In this document: in pieces, positions 39,099 through 51,312 of the stretch
Numbering within the stretch: position 1 is the first letter of the stretch
Layout: every line of letters begins with the position of its first letter
Source of the DNA: Utricularia gibba
Lineage: Eukaryota; Plantae; Magnoliophyta
NCBI GenBank assembly: GCA_002189035.1
Contig: NEEC01000008.1
Coordinates: 3,348,001-3,412,000, forward strand
Length of the DNA: 64,000 nt
Reading direction: 5' to 3'
Made by a program: the position numbers and the translations under genes
Notes under the pieces: generated by a model
Told to the model about the DNA's origin: nothing
Database searches by the model: none
What the model saw: the letters and a program-made list of their open reading frames with translations, nothing else

Positions 39099-40917
39099 CC
39101 CTCCTGCATAGACTTGGTTCCCATTCATTCCCCTTTGCAGTGAGCATCCATCGCATATCTTGATGCTCTGTTTTTGTTTTGTTTTGTTTTTTTTGTTTTT
39201 CCATCGGAGGATGTAATAAATACATCGACGTCTTCATATAAACTATTTACCCCGTTAAAAAAAAAGGAGACAATTTAATTTAGGATTTAATAATATTAGA
39301 GTTTATAATTTAAAATATTCGATCTTCGTCAAATATCACAAAATTCTCCTTTTTTTTTGTTTGAGCAACAAAGATACCTTGGAGTACGCTACAGTTTTCC
39401 TGTCGTGATTTGACACTAACTCAGGCAAAGTGATTTATTTTAATATTGATACAGTAATATAAATATAATTTATATGAACTTTTTTATTTTGTAACAGCAA
39501 TTAAATATTAAATAAATATTACGCGCTCGAAATTTAATAATATTTTCATAATTCCAGCTGATTAGTGATTACCACCGCCGTTTAATTAAGTATGAGCGTG
39601 GGACAGCGTGGCACTGCACTGGGAAAACTGAAATTATTATATTAAAAAAAGTAAATGAAAAGTGGGCCCAGTGAAATGAGTGGAGTCTTGTCTACTACCC
39701 CGGAGAGCGTCCCGAGTTGTCGAATGCCTATTCGTTGAGACCCGACAACGGTACGGGCCTAAGCCCCCGATGGGACGGGTCTGTACGGATGAATCCGACC
39801 CATTAGTGAAAACAAACGATCAATTATTTTTTTTCTTAAAAAAAATGAGTCTTCTAGATTTCTCTCTCTTGATTTCTGTAAGTTATATGTTTGTTGGTGT
39901 TTCACTTTCAAAAAAAAGGATCCACTTTCAAAAGCAAAAATTGTGGAACTCTCTAATTTTTTTTCTAAGAATTCTTCTACTAATTTTGAAAGCGTTTCTG
40001 GATTGTGAATACTTAAAAATAAACATTTATTTTGAAACTATTTTCTTGATACTGTACGTACGAAGCATGGCTCCATGGTACGTACATGGCCATTCTTCCT
40101 TACAATCTTCATGTAGAAAAATCGTACTCTACCATAACATCATGTGTTTCCTTGTGACATCGATCTGAATATTAGATTACCAAATCCCTCGAAACCCAGT
40201 TTGGGATTTGTGTGCACGTGAAAGAAATAACCCTAGGGTTTGGGGTTTACCAATTAGAAGGTAGGGTTTGTTTTGGGGTTTAGGGTTTCAGTATTTTAGA
40301 ATTTAGAATGAAGATGGGGTGGGAGTTCTACTCTTATGATGTTACTATTCGAATGGTATTATACTTGTGTGAAAATGATCAAATGAAAACAGTTTCGTCA
40401 ATGCGAATTATTTATGTTTTCAAAAAAAATAAAAAATCAAAAAATATTTTTTTATTTGTAACAAAATGTATAGTCTATACTATTACTGTATTAGAAGCAC
40501 TTCTTGAAAATTGATTTTTGAAAAATTATATCAGATACACAAACTTAAATTTCTAACCCTTCTCCAGTCTCAAGGGTTGGATGTTCTTGTATCCTCTCAG
40601 AAAGTTTTTTTTGTGTGTGTGTTTCAAATCAATCACCATGTCTGCAACAAACCTTTCCAAGTTTAGAGAAATAGCCTCTAGGCTTTTCCTTGTCCATTTT
40701 TTCCCTAATGTATCTCTCCCTATTCCGTGGCTTTCTTTGTTTCCCCTTTACTCCACCTACCTCCCTTCACCACAAAAGCCTCATTTGCTTTTTGCCAAAT
40801 TTGTTGGGATCCCTTCTTGTGTTCCTCTTTAAAAAGGTCAAGAAGTCCATCAAGCTCTCCCTTACTATTTCCATTACCTTCTGCTGCTCAAGATCTCTGT
40901 GTTCTTTTCAGACAAAC

Positions 40918-43623
40918 ATGGTGCGAGGCAAAACCCAGATGCGGCGCATCGAAAATGCTACCAGCCGACAGGTTACCTTCTCCAAGAGAAGAAACGGGCT
41001 CCTCAAGAAAGCTTTCGAGCTTTCAGTCCTCTGTGATGCTGAAGTTGCACTCATCATCTTTTCTCCTCGAGGGAAGCTGTATGAATTCGCTAGCTCCAGG
41101 TATCCACCCCTTCGTACTCCTCCCAATCCACTCCAAATGTTAAATTAGGTATAGATCTGTGGATCAGACGACTCGGGTTGGCTCCGATTCTTCTCTTACA
41201 GATAGAAATCTAAACACAAAGAGATGCTAACCTCTCTGTGAGCAGCAGAGGCAGCATGTCTTGTGTCTCTGCCCAGCGTATTTTTGACTGGAGGCAGCTT
41301 AAAATAAAACCCTGTAGGAGAATCCTGAAGCAGTAAATGCCACACTGTGGAAGTCACCTGTCATAGCTTCGTTACCTGGTTTTATGTGCCACTGTTAGTT
41401 CTCTCACAACTCTCATAGGGTTTTTTTAATAATTGAACCAAAGCATAGCATTGGGATTGGGAATTGAAATAGCTAGGGTTTTTTTTTTGTCAAAAAAGGT
41501 GGGAATTTTCAGGGTTTAAAGTTGGGAAATATTTAGGGTTTTATGGGTGTTGAAGACTTTTGGAGGTGTCTGTTTGTATATTCTAAAAACTTCGATACAG
41601 TTTCACATTATGGGAAGTTGTGCACTGGATCAAATTCAAAACTCCTGCAATCACATCGTGGGATTGTCTGAAAATACTGATCATTACTTGTCTTTTTAAG
41701 ACCACCATTTTCTTACTGCAACGACTTGGTCTAAGAGGTAATAAGCAAAACAGAACTGTAGTATCCCACCTTGTCCCCTCATCTCTTATGTCTGAAACTC
41801 CAATTCAACCAAGTCTTTCATCAAATTCTGAACAAGGGAGTCTGCATTTTAACTCCAGAATGATCCTCCTAAAACATTCACAATCGAAATCAAAACAAGA
41901 AATATAGTGTGTATTCTGGGGAACCATTTTCAGTATATTTGATTTTAGTGCTGATGATGATGATTTGCTTCTCAGCATGCTGGAGACAATAGATCGGTAC
42001 CAGAAGCATGGCAGGGAGGTTCAGGCAGGCAACCCTCCCCAAGAGAACGATATGCAGGTAATTTTCATTGCTTTCACTAACTTGGAACTTGTCGTGCTCC
42101 CGACCAGCGGTCCGACGGGGTCCGAGTCGCTGCCATGTTGACTCGATTCGATCCGGTCCGGATATCATATGCATGTCGTTCATATGTTAGACTGAGCAAA
42201 TAATGCACATCAAATTGAACATAAATCATGGATAGGTGTACAGTAATAAAGCATGCTCATGTAATTGACTCAAAAAAATCTCTTTTATTGTGTCTTTATG
42301 CTTTTTCTGGAATTTCTCCCTATTTTTTAATGTAGTTTTTTTTTTTTTGTTTTTGCACTGTCGAAATTGCTATTTGATTTGATAGAAGTCATTTAGTCGA
42401 GGATCATTTTTTTAATATAAAACTCAAGTATTTATCTCTTTTTTTTTTTCGAATCATTACGGTAAGAGGAATCAAGATGCATGAGATCACATTCTCTGTG
42501 TTACTTGATCCTGCAGCAGATGAAGGTCGAAGCAGCAAGCATGATGAGAAAGATAGAGCAGCTGGAAGCATCGAAGAGGTCTGTAAGAAGTTAAGAGCTG
42601 GGGTGTCTCCTGTTTATTTGTAATCATGATGAGCCATTGCGTGGTTACTGTTACTCTACAGGAAGCTATTGGGGGAAGGTTTGGGAGCCTGCGCCATAGA
42701 AGAGTTGCAGCAGATTGAAAAGCAGCTGGAACTCAGCGTTCATACAATTCGTGCAAGAAAGGTGATTATCTCTGCTTGCCCTTGAGACATGAAGTAAAAT
42801 CAGTATCGTTGCTCTTTCGATTTACGCCGTTTTCTGTGTCACTCCACATGCGCTCAGTGATCTTGGAAGCACCCTTATTTTAAACTTACAATTCGTGCAA
42901 GAAAGGTGATGGATCTTGTGAGTTTGAATATTCATTGCGTTTTTTGATCCATTGGACTCGTATTTCAACTAAGGGGCTTCTTGTGAAGATGATGTGAGCT
43001 TGTTTGGACATTTTAAAGGGTATTTGGTACACAAATAGTGACCCTGAGTAAAGGAGAAACGATTCTTTGCATCTTCCTCATGTTTGGAACTTAATTGATT
43101 CTGGGATATTGCTTGCAGATGCAACTCTACAAGCAGCAGATTGAACAGTTGAAGGAGAAGGTGAGTCTGGATTTAATTTCCAATGAGAGTTTTCAAGCTA
43201 TTCTTTTCTTCGAGTCGCATTTAGTACAGGGTTTTAATCAAAAGTGGGAGTATACTGCTTAACATGAGAAAAAGCTCCATGAATACGGTGTCACCAAGCA
43301 CTTTTCATGTCAATTTAGGTTTAGTTTTCGCATGAACGTGCAATCGATCTAAGCTGTCCAAAATCGCGCTGTGCAGGGCAAATCCATAGCTGCTGAGAAC
43401 GCCATGCTGCGTGACAAGGTGAATGCCTGTGACTGTTGCTGGCTTTTTTTTCATGAACTGGTGAGTAATGGCCTGATGTGGGCGTATGTAGTTCGGAGGG
43501 TGGAAGGAGGACAAGGAGCCGGCGGTGGCGAGGGAGGCAAGTGAAATCTCCGATGTGGAGACGGACTTGTTCATCGGACCGCCGGAGGGCAGGAGCCGGC
43601 CGCCGACCACCCTGTTTCTGTGA
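40918..43623 (+). CDS. SOC1: MIKC MADS-box floral integrator SOC1/TM3 clade, 7 coding exons
   Basis: MADS domain [61 protein letters not shown]-box exons ([34 protein letters not shown]), and the C-terminal SOC1 motif [12 protein letters not shown]. Confidence 0.96.
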
Positions 43624-44280
43624 AGGCGTGCACGCCCATATGATACGATGCTTGTGGCTATTTACACTGGTGGGCCTTTAATGGGCTTGCGTTACTTCGG
43701 CCCACTTGTTCCATATGTTATCACTTGTGTGTCGCAGCCGGTCTAGTAATAATGCTTGTGGCTTATACTAATCAATTATCATATATCGAAATTAAAAAAT
43801 ATTTTTAAATTCTGCAATCAGTTTATTTAAATATTTTATCATGTGTATTATTTTGATAAATTTAATTTCATGTGATTCAATAATACTAGCATGATTACGA
43901 TGCATGTTACTTTTATACAATATTATTCATTCTCTAGTATTTCAATTAGCATGATTTCATGTTTTTCTCTAGTATAATTATTTTAATTTAAAACCATTCA
44001 TTCTCGTTTCTAATCCTAATAATTAACTTAAAAAGTAAATCCCTTTGTATCAATTTAATTTAAACCCAAGTAAATTAAACTTATTTTATCATATTTACAT
44101 TATTCAAACGACATAAATATAAAAAAAAATGAATGTATTTTTATGTCATTTTTAATATTAAATTTTTAAATAGTTTATAATTATAGTTATATTCTAGTTT
44201 TTTTTGAAAATATAATCCAATTATATTATAAATTTTTGAAATGTAATGTGCTCTACTGCTTCCATGTCGATTGCTAATTT

Positions 44281-45314
44281 TTAACCTGCATAACCAATGA
44301 ACTCCTTGATGAAGTTGAGAATGGCGGAGGCTCTCCTGGCGTCAATCATGTCAATCATATGGAACCCGGCGTCGTCGAAACGCGCCTCCACGAGCACGCC
44401 GTGCTCCACCAACATCTGGACGAAGCTCTGGTTCCGATCGATCAACAAGTCGCCGCCGAACCCGATGACCAGACACCTGCCAAGTTTCCTTAGTCGGCTC
44501 CTCATGGGCTTATCCACGAACGGGTTGCAGAATCGGTGATCGCGATCAGTTCCAGGCGGAAGGGCCAATTCCCACACTAAATCGAGCACTGGAAGGGGCA
44601 GATATTGATCGGCGGCCATTTTCAGCTCGCTCTTCGTCCGCTGCTTGGACCCGAACAGCGGCTGATTGAGAATAGTGCCGACGAACTTAAGCGGCTGGAT
44701 GTCGTCTTCCAGGCGAAGCGCCACATTGAACGCGATGTTCGCGCCGGAGCTTAAGCCGTTGAGGAAGCACTGGGAAAAGTCGCCGTAGTCGCGAATCCAC
44801 TTGTCACCGTTATTCGCATCCCTGGCTTGGTCGCGTACCCAATGCACGGCGTCGACCGCGTCATCGTATTGAGCCGGGAGGCGATGCTCCGGCGCCAGGC
44901 GGTACTCAACCGATACAACAATCGCAGGCACTTCCGCGGCTAGGCGGTTTCCAGATTCATGGACATAGGCGTCGGAGACACTCATCATGATAAACACCCG
45001 GGGTGAAAGAAGAATACGATTGGTATACGGGCTGCCGGAGATCAAAACTTCAGACAAATTGCTCGTATAAAATCAACGAATGCTAGCAATAGCGTCTCAC
45101 CATTTTCGTGAGGCATCTGCGCGGGTCGGTATATTCGGAGCCATGTCTTCTTATTTTCGTCAAGGGTGACATCCTTGCTTAAAACCGTCACGCCGGGGGT
45201 CCGGGGGTCCTCTCCGGTGGCCGGAACGGAGGGCATCTGGAGGTACCGTGTGAGAGTTCCATCGGGGTTGAGCGCGACCTTGAGATGCTCGTAAGGATCG
45301 AACTTGGAATGCAT
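44281..45314 (-). CDS. CXE9: Carboxylesterase (alpha/beta hydrolase, CXE9-like) with a 69-nt intron and an apparent 1-nt frameshift in the HGGG region
   Basis: MHSKFDPYEHLKVALNPDGTLTR...SKDVTLD..KKTWLRIYRP, intron 45100-45032, then ARIPIVFFFHPG, a frame slip, FIMMSVSD...VSVEYRLAPEHRLPAQYDDA, GLSSG nucleophile elbow, GGDLLIDR and GFH. Adding one base gives a 321-aa protein. Confidence 0.8.
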
Positions 45315-45565
45315 TTTTGCAGATGAAAACGCCTTCTCCGCATGAAGATGTGATGGAGTCGTATGCTTATTACAAGGAGACGGTGAAGACACAACGCCGG
45401 TTGTCCGCAAACCTCGCCGCCAACGACGAGCTCTCCTCAAGTTTTAAATGGCGAATACCCATGTGGTTAGTTTTAATCGGGTCGGGTTTACTCGATTTGA
45501 GAAATGTAGTAGGAATCCAATCAAGCAAACCCGAATTTACAGGAAAGAAGAGCAACTCGCCGGCG

Positions 45566-48086
45566 TTAAGATGCTTTCTCGACAGCGCCGTTGTCTAAGG
45601 ATGCTGCCGGTGTCGAACCACCACCGGAGTTCGGGATATTCTTAGAGGAGGCGGACTTTGCAGTAATAGAGCGGCCCATGAACTTCCCAGCCTTACTCAG
45701 GCCACTTCCAACTGCTCCTATACCTGTTCCGACCATGCCAGCCCCAGCCCCGAGCCCTGTTCCGACCAGTCCGACTCCAGCTCCGATTCCGGTCCCCACC
45801 AACCCAACACCGGAGCCCACGATGGAGGCTGCGCCATCAAGGGCGTCCATAGTGCTCCCAATCACCCCTGCCTCCTTTAGCTTCTTTCTTGCTTCCAGGA
45901 TCTTCTTCTCCTCTTCAAGAGCCCGTAGTTGCTCTTCCTCGTTGAACTCATAGTAAAGCACCTACATCAGCAATGGCAAGTCTTACCAGAGACCGTCTCA
46001 TATACCAGAAATCGAAGTATAAATTCACCTGAATCGTCAATGTCCCTCGATCCTTCTTGTCCTTGATCTTTAGCATATCAAGCGCAGGAAGCAGCTGAAG
46101 CACGATTTCTTTAGAAGTCCCAGCTTCCAGCTCGATCAAAGGCAGCTTTGCGATGCCCAGAAGCTTGTCCTGGCTGATGTCCTTATCGAACACCTGAAAC
46201 AGATGGCATATACATGATACATCATTAGGCCATTGCGCTCAAATGCACAATATCCATGAGACGACTGCATACCTCAAAAATGAGGGACTGTGTCTCCTTG
46301 TCTTCTGCAATCACCTCAAATGTCTGATCCCACACAGGGTTCAAGTTGTTGTCAACAACCTTTGTTTTCACTTTGAAGAGAGGCCGAACGTATAAGACAA
46401 CATACGGATCCGACTTTCCGATCATCTCCATGTTTTTCAGGGCAGTTGCTTTAACAACGGTTACTGTCACCTTCCCCACAGGCTTAAGCTCCAGTTCACT
46501 GTAAACTCCCAGAGTTTAAAGCATCAGACATTCATTCTACTTCGTGTTTCTGTTATGGGATTTTAAAGCGACTCGCCTTGTATCATTAGGCACTCCCCGA
46601 GAGGGACAACTATCCTATGAGGCCATTGTAGCATATCTGTTACAATGGTGTTAACAGTGCTCTTGTAAACAGAAACAAAATGTCAATAAGCTGACAGGAA
46701 TTATGCACACTTCATAGGGATAAAGAAACATTAGATCTTACATCAATCATGTCTGAAAGACCAGGTACGGCTGTTAAACTTCCACCGATGGCCTTCAGAG
46801 TGTAGTCGATGCGTGGCTTTGGCTGCACCATTGAGATTAAATGAAGGTTTCATGGAATATAGCAGTCGTTTTTATCAATGGATTGCAACAGACCTCAGCC
46901 AGGAGAGCAACAACTACTGCAGAAATGCAAGGAATTTCCTCAGAGAGTTGGAATATCACCCGGATCACTGTGAAAACTTTTAGATCCTTCAGCTGCAACA
47001 AACAAAGGGACATAAACATCTCCATTAAAATGTATGGAATGAGATAGAACGAAGTGAGTGTTTTCTGAGTTAGAGAATTTGACAGCAACCTGAATCGGTA
47101 AGGAGGCAACAAAAGCAGCCTCGATGCCGAGGATAATGCTCGGATCACCACCCCATCTGAGATCAATATCCATAGTGATCTGACCCTTTTTTAGACTCTG
47201 AACTCGGATCCCTGAAAAAGTAGTGTTCTGACTCAATGATGATGCCGGTATCTTGTAAGACCACCATCTTAGAAGAGATGATTGTATTGACCTTCAATCT
47301 TTGGAGCCACAGTTCCAAGAGACAATTTCTTGAACTTCATAGAAGTAATCCCCGGTGGACGATATTCTTCCAACAATGGCTCAACAGATTCTTTTATAAC
47401 AACCTCTGCTGCCTAAGAAAACAGATTAAGCAATACATAAACCTTAAGCGGAAGGGAAAACAATACAACCACAAAACCATTGCCCAGCCTCAAGATCTCA
47501 AAATAGGTGCGCCACTACGGAATCTTGGTAACACTAAAGGGAGAGGATGATGAAGAATTACATCTGCTACGTATGGCCATAACTTGCTTAGCATTTTATT
47601 CAGCCATTTCACCTGAAACGGTTCATAAAGAAACACTCAGACAGGTTAAAAAACGATCCTTTGTCTCAATCCATTGAGAGAAAGCAAAAGAGAAAAATAC
47701 ACAAACCTGTTCATAAACAGGAAAAGATATCCATTCTGGAAAGCTTTCTCCGCATAATTTCTTTAAATCATCTCGATTCAGACCGCTTAGAAGTTTAATA
47801 TCAACTGCCTGTTAATCCCCAAAAGAATGGACAACCAAACATCACACTAAATGAACCCAAGAAGATAAAAGAAGTTCAAGTGATCGTAAATTACAAGAGA
47901 TCTAGTCAAAAGAAATGCCCAGATCACAAAACAAACCATTTCCAGTATCAAACAAGAAACAATAGCACATGGAAAAAGAACCTTGCAACCACGCTTGTTG
48001 CTTCTATAACGCATCATGTAGTTCCAACCCGCCATTAACGCGATACCTAACGAAATCCCCAACAACATTCCTGAAACCAGACCCAT
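45566..48086 (-). CDS. SYT7: Synaptotagmin-like ER-PM tether, calcium-dependent lipid-binding protein CLB1/NTMC2T4 (TM-SMP-C2)
   Basis: TM segment MGLVSGMLLGISLGIALMAGWNYMMRYRS, SMP exons (WISFPVYEQVKWLNKMLSKLWPYVAD, TMDIDLRWGGDPSIILGIEAA), C2 domain GKVTVTVVKATALKNMEMIGKSDPYVVLY...WDQTFEVIAEDKETQSL, and the family-typical Gly-rich GSGVGLVGTGIGAG tail. Confidence 0.92.
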
Positions 48087-49957
48087 CTTCTTGAATCACA
48101 CTCCCAATTACCACCACCGAAAAGGCAGACTTTTAACAAACTAGACTTCAGAACACAATGGGCTTGCTACTCGACCAAGCAAAACGCCCCAGCTATTTGG
48201 CATTATCTTCTTCCACAAGTGGACTCGTGAAGAGGGTTTGTCCCCAAGACGAGGAATTTATGGCTTGAGAAAGAAAGCAATAGTGAGGAAAATGACGTTG
48301 TAAGATAATTAATTATTTCTATCAATCAATGATACCCGGAAGCGGAGCGGCAGTGCCTACTGCACAGCACATCCACAAGTAACGAACCGTCGGAATCTCT
48401 ACTTTTCCCTTCAGAAATACAATTCTCCGACTTCCCCATCCCCGTTTTCATTTCAAGTGAAGAACTTGCCGCCCAAAAACAAAACCCAGGATATTAATCG
48501 CTTCCCCCAACAAGAGAAACTGAACACTCGATTGTTTGAGTACATAAAGAAAGAATCTTTGCAATCAAGAGACATGCAACGCTCCCCTTCACTCCATTCG
48601 ATTCGATTCGGCGGATGTCGGTATTCACTGTTAAATAAGTAACCGCCGTTGACTTCCCTTTATTATAATTATAATTATTTTTTGAAAATCAATTAACCAA
48701 TCACAAACCATTATTCAAATTAGTTATCATAAAATATTAAACCATTAACATTGTGTTTTATTTTATCAAGTGTAAAATGCGATAAATAGATTCCAAAATT
48801 TTTTTTATCATCAAATAACTTCTATGTGAAAATGAATAGGAATCGATAATCGTTTTTCTAATTTTTTAAATAAAAGTAGTTTTCAAAAACATATTTCCAT
48901 AAATAGAACACAAAACAAATTAAAACTTAAAAAAAATGTCAGTTCATGGTCTCACATCACCCTTCCAAAGGCAAATATCAATGGATCCATATCATCAACG
49001 GGTCCGCAAATTGACCCTGCTACAAAAACAATTTTTTACCTTCCGTAAAGTGAAAAAAAATGCCACGTTAAAAATCGTAATTAAGACACTTTTCTATTTT
49101 ATTTTTACAAAATTTATACTGATTATTATTCTAATTATCTATTTTGATTCGGAGTAGCAATTATAGACATGGGTTGGAGTTGGGGGATTAGGGGCATTGA
49201 AGGAATTTCACGGTTACCAATCCACATGGGGGCACATGCACTCGCCATTTTGGGGATGTGATGTTTAGGATTGAGGTGGTGGGGTTATGGGTCACATAAA
49301 CATGCTTACTAATTAATGGGAAGATTCTTAATATAGGGAACCTTTTTTCGGAGGCTGACAGTTTGATGAGTTAGAAATTTAATCATATGTTACATATTGT
49401 GAAAAAAATAATTATATCATATGTATTTTTTATGTAAATATATAAAATCGGATATGACAGTGATTATTTTTATAAATGATCTCTTGTTTGGTTTATAAAT
49501 TATATCTTGTCTAATAAATCCAATTATGAGCGTTCAACTTGTTTGAATCTTATTTTATCTTAGTTTGCGATGAGGTCCGATTCAAAATTAATAATATTTT
49601 GATGGAATTCAATTTGATTGATATATAAAGTCTACCTCAAATAACTCGTTTAGGGCAATGGTCGCCGGCGGTGTACCCGGGGAGGCTCGCCGGCCGGACG
49701 GCGGCGGCGGGGGCGGCGGCATGTTAGATACTTTCGAGGAAATGACAACGCCGGAGTGCACCAGTAGGAGAGGAGGTAAGTAACGAGGAGTGAAGAGATG
49801 GTCATTCTCCGAGATAATGGGCTTGGCCCAAATGAAATCTATGGGCTGGAGGAATTTTTTTTTTCCTCTTTTAGATTTGTAAGTCTTTTTTTAATTTAAG
49901 AATGCTCTAGAATACAAAGAAACCGGCGGATGTCAAATATGGTACGTCAACCCACCT

Positions 49958-51312
49958 ATGACATCTAACATGAAAAGAGTGGTGGTACTGCACGCCGCCG
50001 CCGTCACGCCGTTGGACGAGTCGGCGGAGCTCCGCCTACACCTCACTTTCTTCGACGTGGTATGGGTATTCTTTCACCCAATCCAACGTCTCCTCTTCTT
50101 CAACTACAGCATCTCCTCGCTGGAATTCCTCCAAACCGTCGTTCCTCGCCTGAAAACATCGCTCTCCAGAACTCTATCCCGATACCTTCCCTTGGCCGGA
50201 AACTTAGTTCAACCCTTCAACTCCGATCCCCCGAGATACTCTACACTCCGGGAGACTCTGTTTCGATCACTTTCACAGAAGCCGATGATTCTCTAGATTT
50301 TAATCATCTTACGTCACACCAAATCCGCGAAGCCGACGAATTCTACAACCTCCTTCCAGATTTGCCGACGGGATCCGAAGAAGGATTCAGCAAAACAGCG
50401 GTTTTAGCTCTGCAGGTGACGCTTTTCCCTAAAGCCGGTATATGCATCGGCTTCACCAACCACCACGCCGTCGGAGACGCAAGCTCGATTGTTGGATTTA
50501 TCAAAGCCTGGAGCTCAGACACGAAGCTAGGCGGGAATCAGTTTCAAGTTCCAAACTTTGACCGGAGTTTGGTCGCCGACCCATCCCTTCGGCGAGCAAA
50601 TATGTTCTGGAATCAGATAAAAAGCTTCAACATTGGAGTACCACCACCGAAATTCCCCACCAACAAATTCCGGGCAACCTTCGTTTTAAAGAAAACCCAT
50701 ATCCAATTTCTCAAAAACAGGGCACTGGAGATAAACCCCAATACCAAACATTTATCCTCTTTCACTGTAGCCCTTGGTTACTCATGGGTTTCCTGGGTGA
50801 AGTCCGCCTCCGAATCCGGGGAAACAGTCGATGATAACGAATCTGAGTTCTTCGGATTTGCAGTTGATGTTCGAAATCGCGTTGACCCACCTCTCCCGGA
50901 AACATATTTCGGCAATTGCCTAGCTTTCGTGGTCGTCGAATCCACCCACGGAAATCTGAAATCCAAAGATGGGTTCTTCGAGGCGGTCGATTTGATCGGA
51001 GAATGCATCAGCGAGAAGGTGAATAAGAAGGATGAGATATTGAAAGATGCAGATGATTGGCTGGTGAAATACGGACCTATATTGGGTATGCGTGTTTTTG
51101 GGGTGGCGGGTTCTCCGCGATTCGATTTGTACGAGGCTGATTTCGGTTGGGGAAAAGCTAGCAAGCTGGAGGCGGTATCGATTGATGCAGAGGAAAGCAT
51201 TTCGCTGGCGAAGTCGCCGGAGTTTGAAGGAGGACTGGAAATTGGGTTATCTGCTACCGAGAAGAAGATTGAAGCTTTTGCACGCCTCTTTCACGCCGGC
51301 CTCATTGCCTGA
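49958..51312 (+). CDS. BAHD acyltransferase, anthocyanin/phenolic-glucoside malonyltransferase clade; intronless, split by a 1-nt frameshift at about 50228-50232
   Basis: ORF1 has LHLTFFDVVWVFFHPIQRLLFF...LKTSLSRTLSRYLPLAGNL. ORF2 has PEILYTPGDSVSITFTE, HxxxD (HHAVGD), YFGNC and DFGWG. Adding one C to the C5 run gives a 451-aa ORF. Confidence 0.85.

Noticed and set aside
39690-39810. GC-rich patches upstream of SOC1 and in SOC1 intron 2 (about 42090-42170) as MITEs
   Set aside because: No terminal inverted repeats or target-site duplications were identifiable.
40581-40832. Upstream ORF / CArG boxes in the SOC1 leader
   Set aside because: I found no perfect CC(A/T)6GG (only a near match, CCAAGTTTAG at about 40657), and the ORF has low-complexity UTR-like composition with no evidence of conservation.
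45690-45840. Gly-rich repeat GxGxGLVGTG at the SYT7 C-terminus as a novel repeat
   Set aside because: This is a known conserved feature of CLB1/NTMC2T4 proteins.
20194-51312. SDR array + carboxylesterase + BAHD acyltransferase as a plant biosynthetic gene cluster
   Set aside because: They span about 31 kb, are separated by eight unrelated housekeeping or regulatory genes, and no scaffold-forming enzyme (terpene synthase, PKS, P450) is present. The SDR and CXE positions look ancestral. Only co-expression data could revive this idea.
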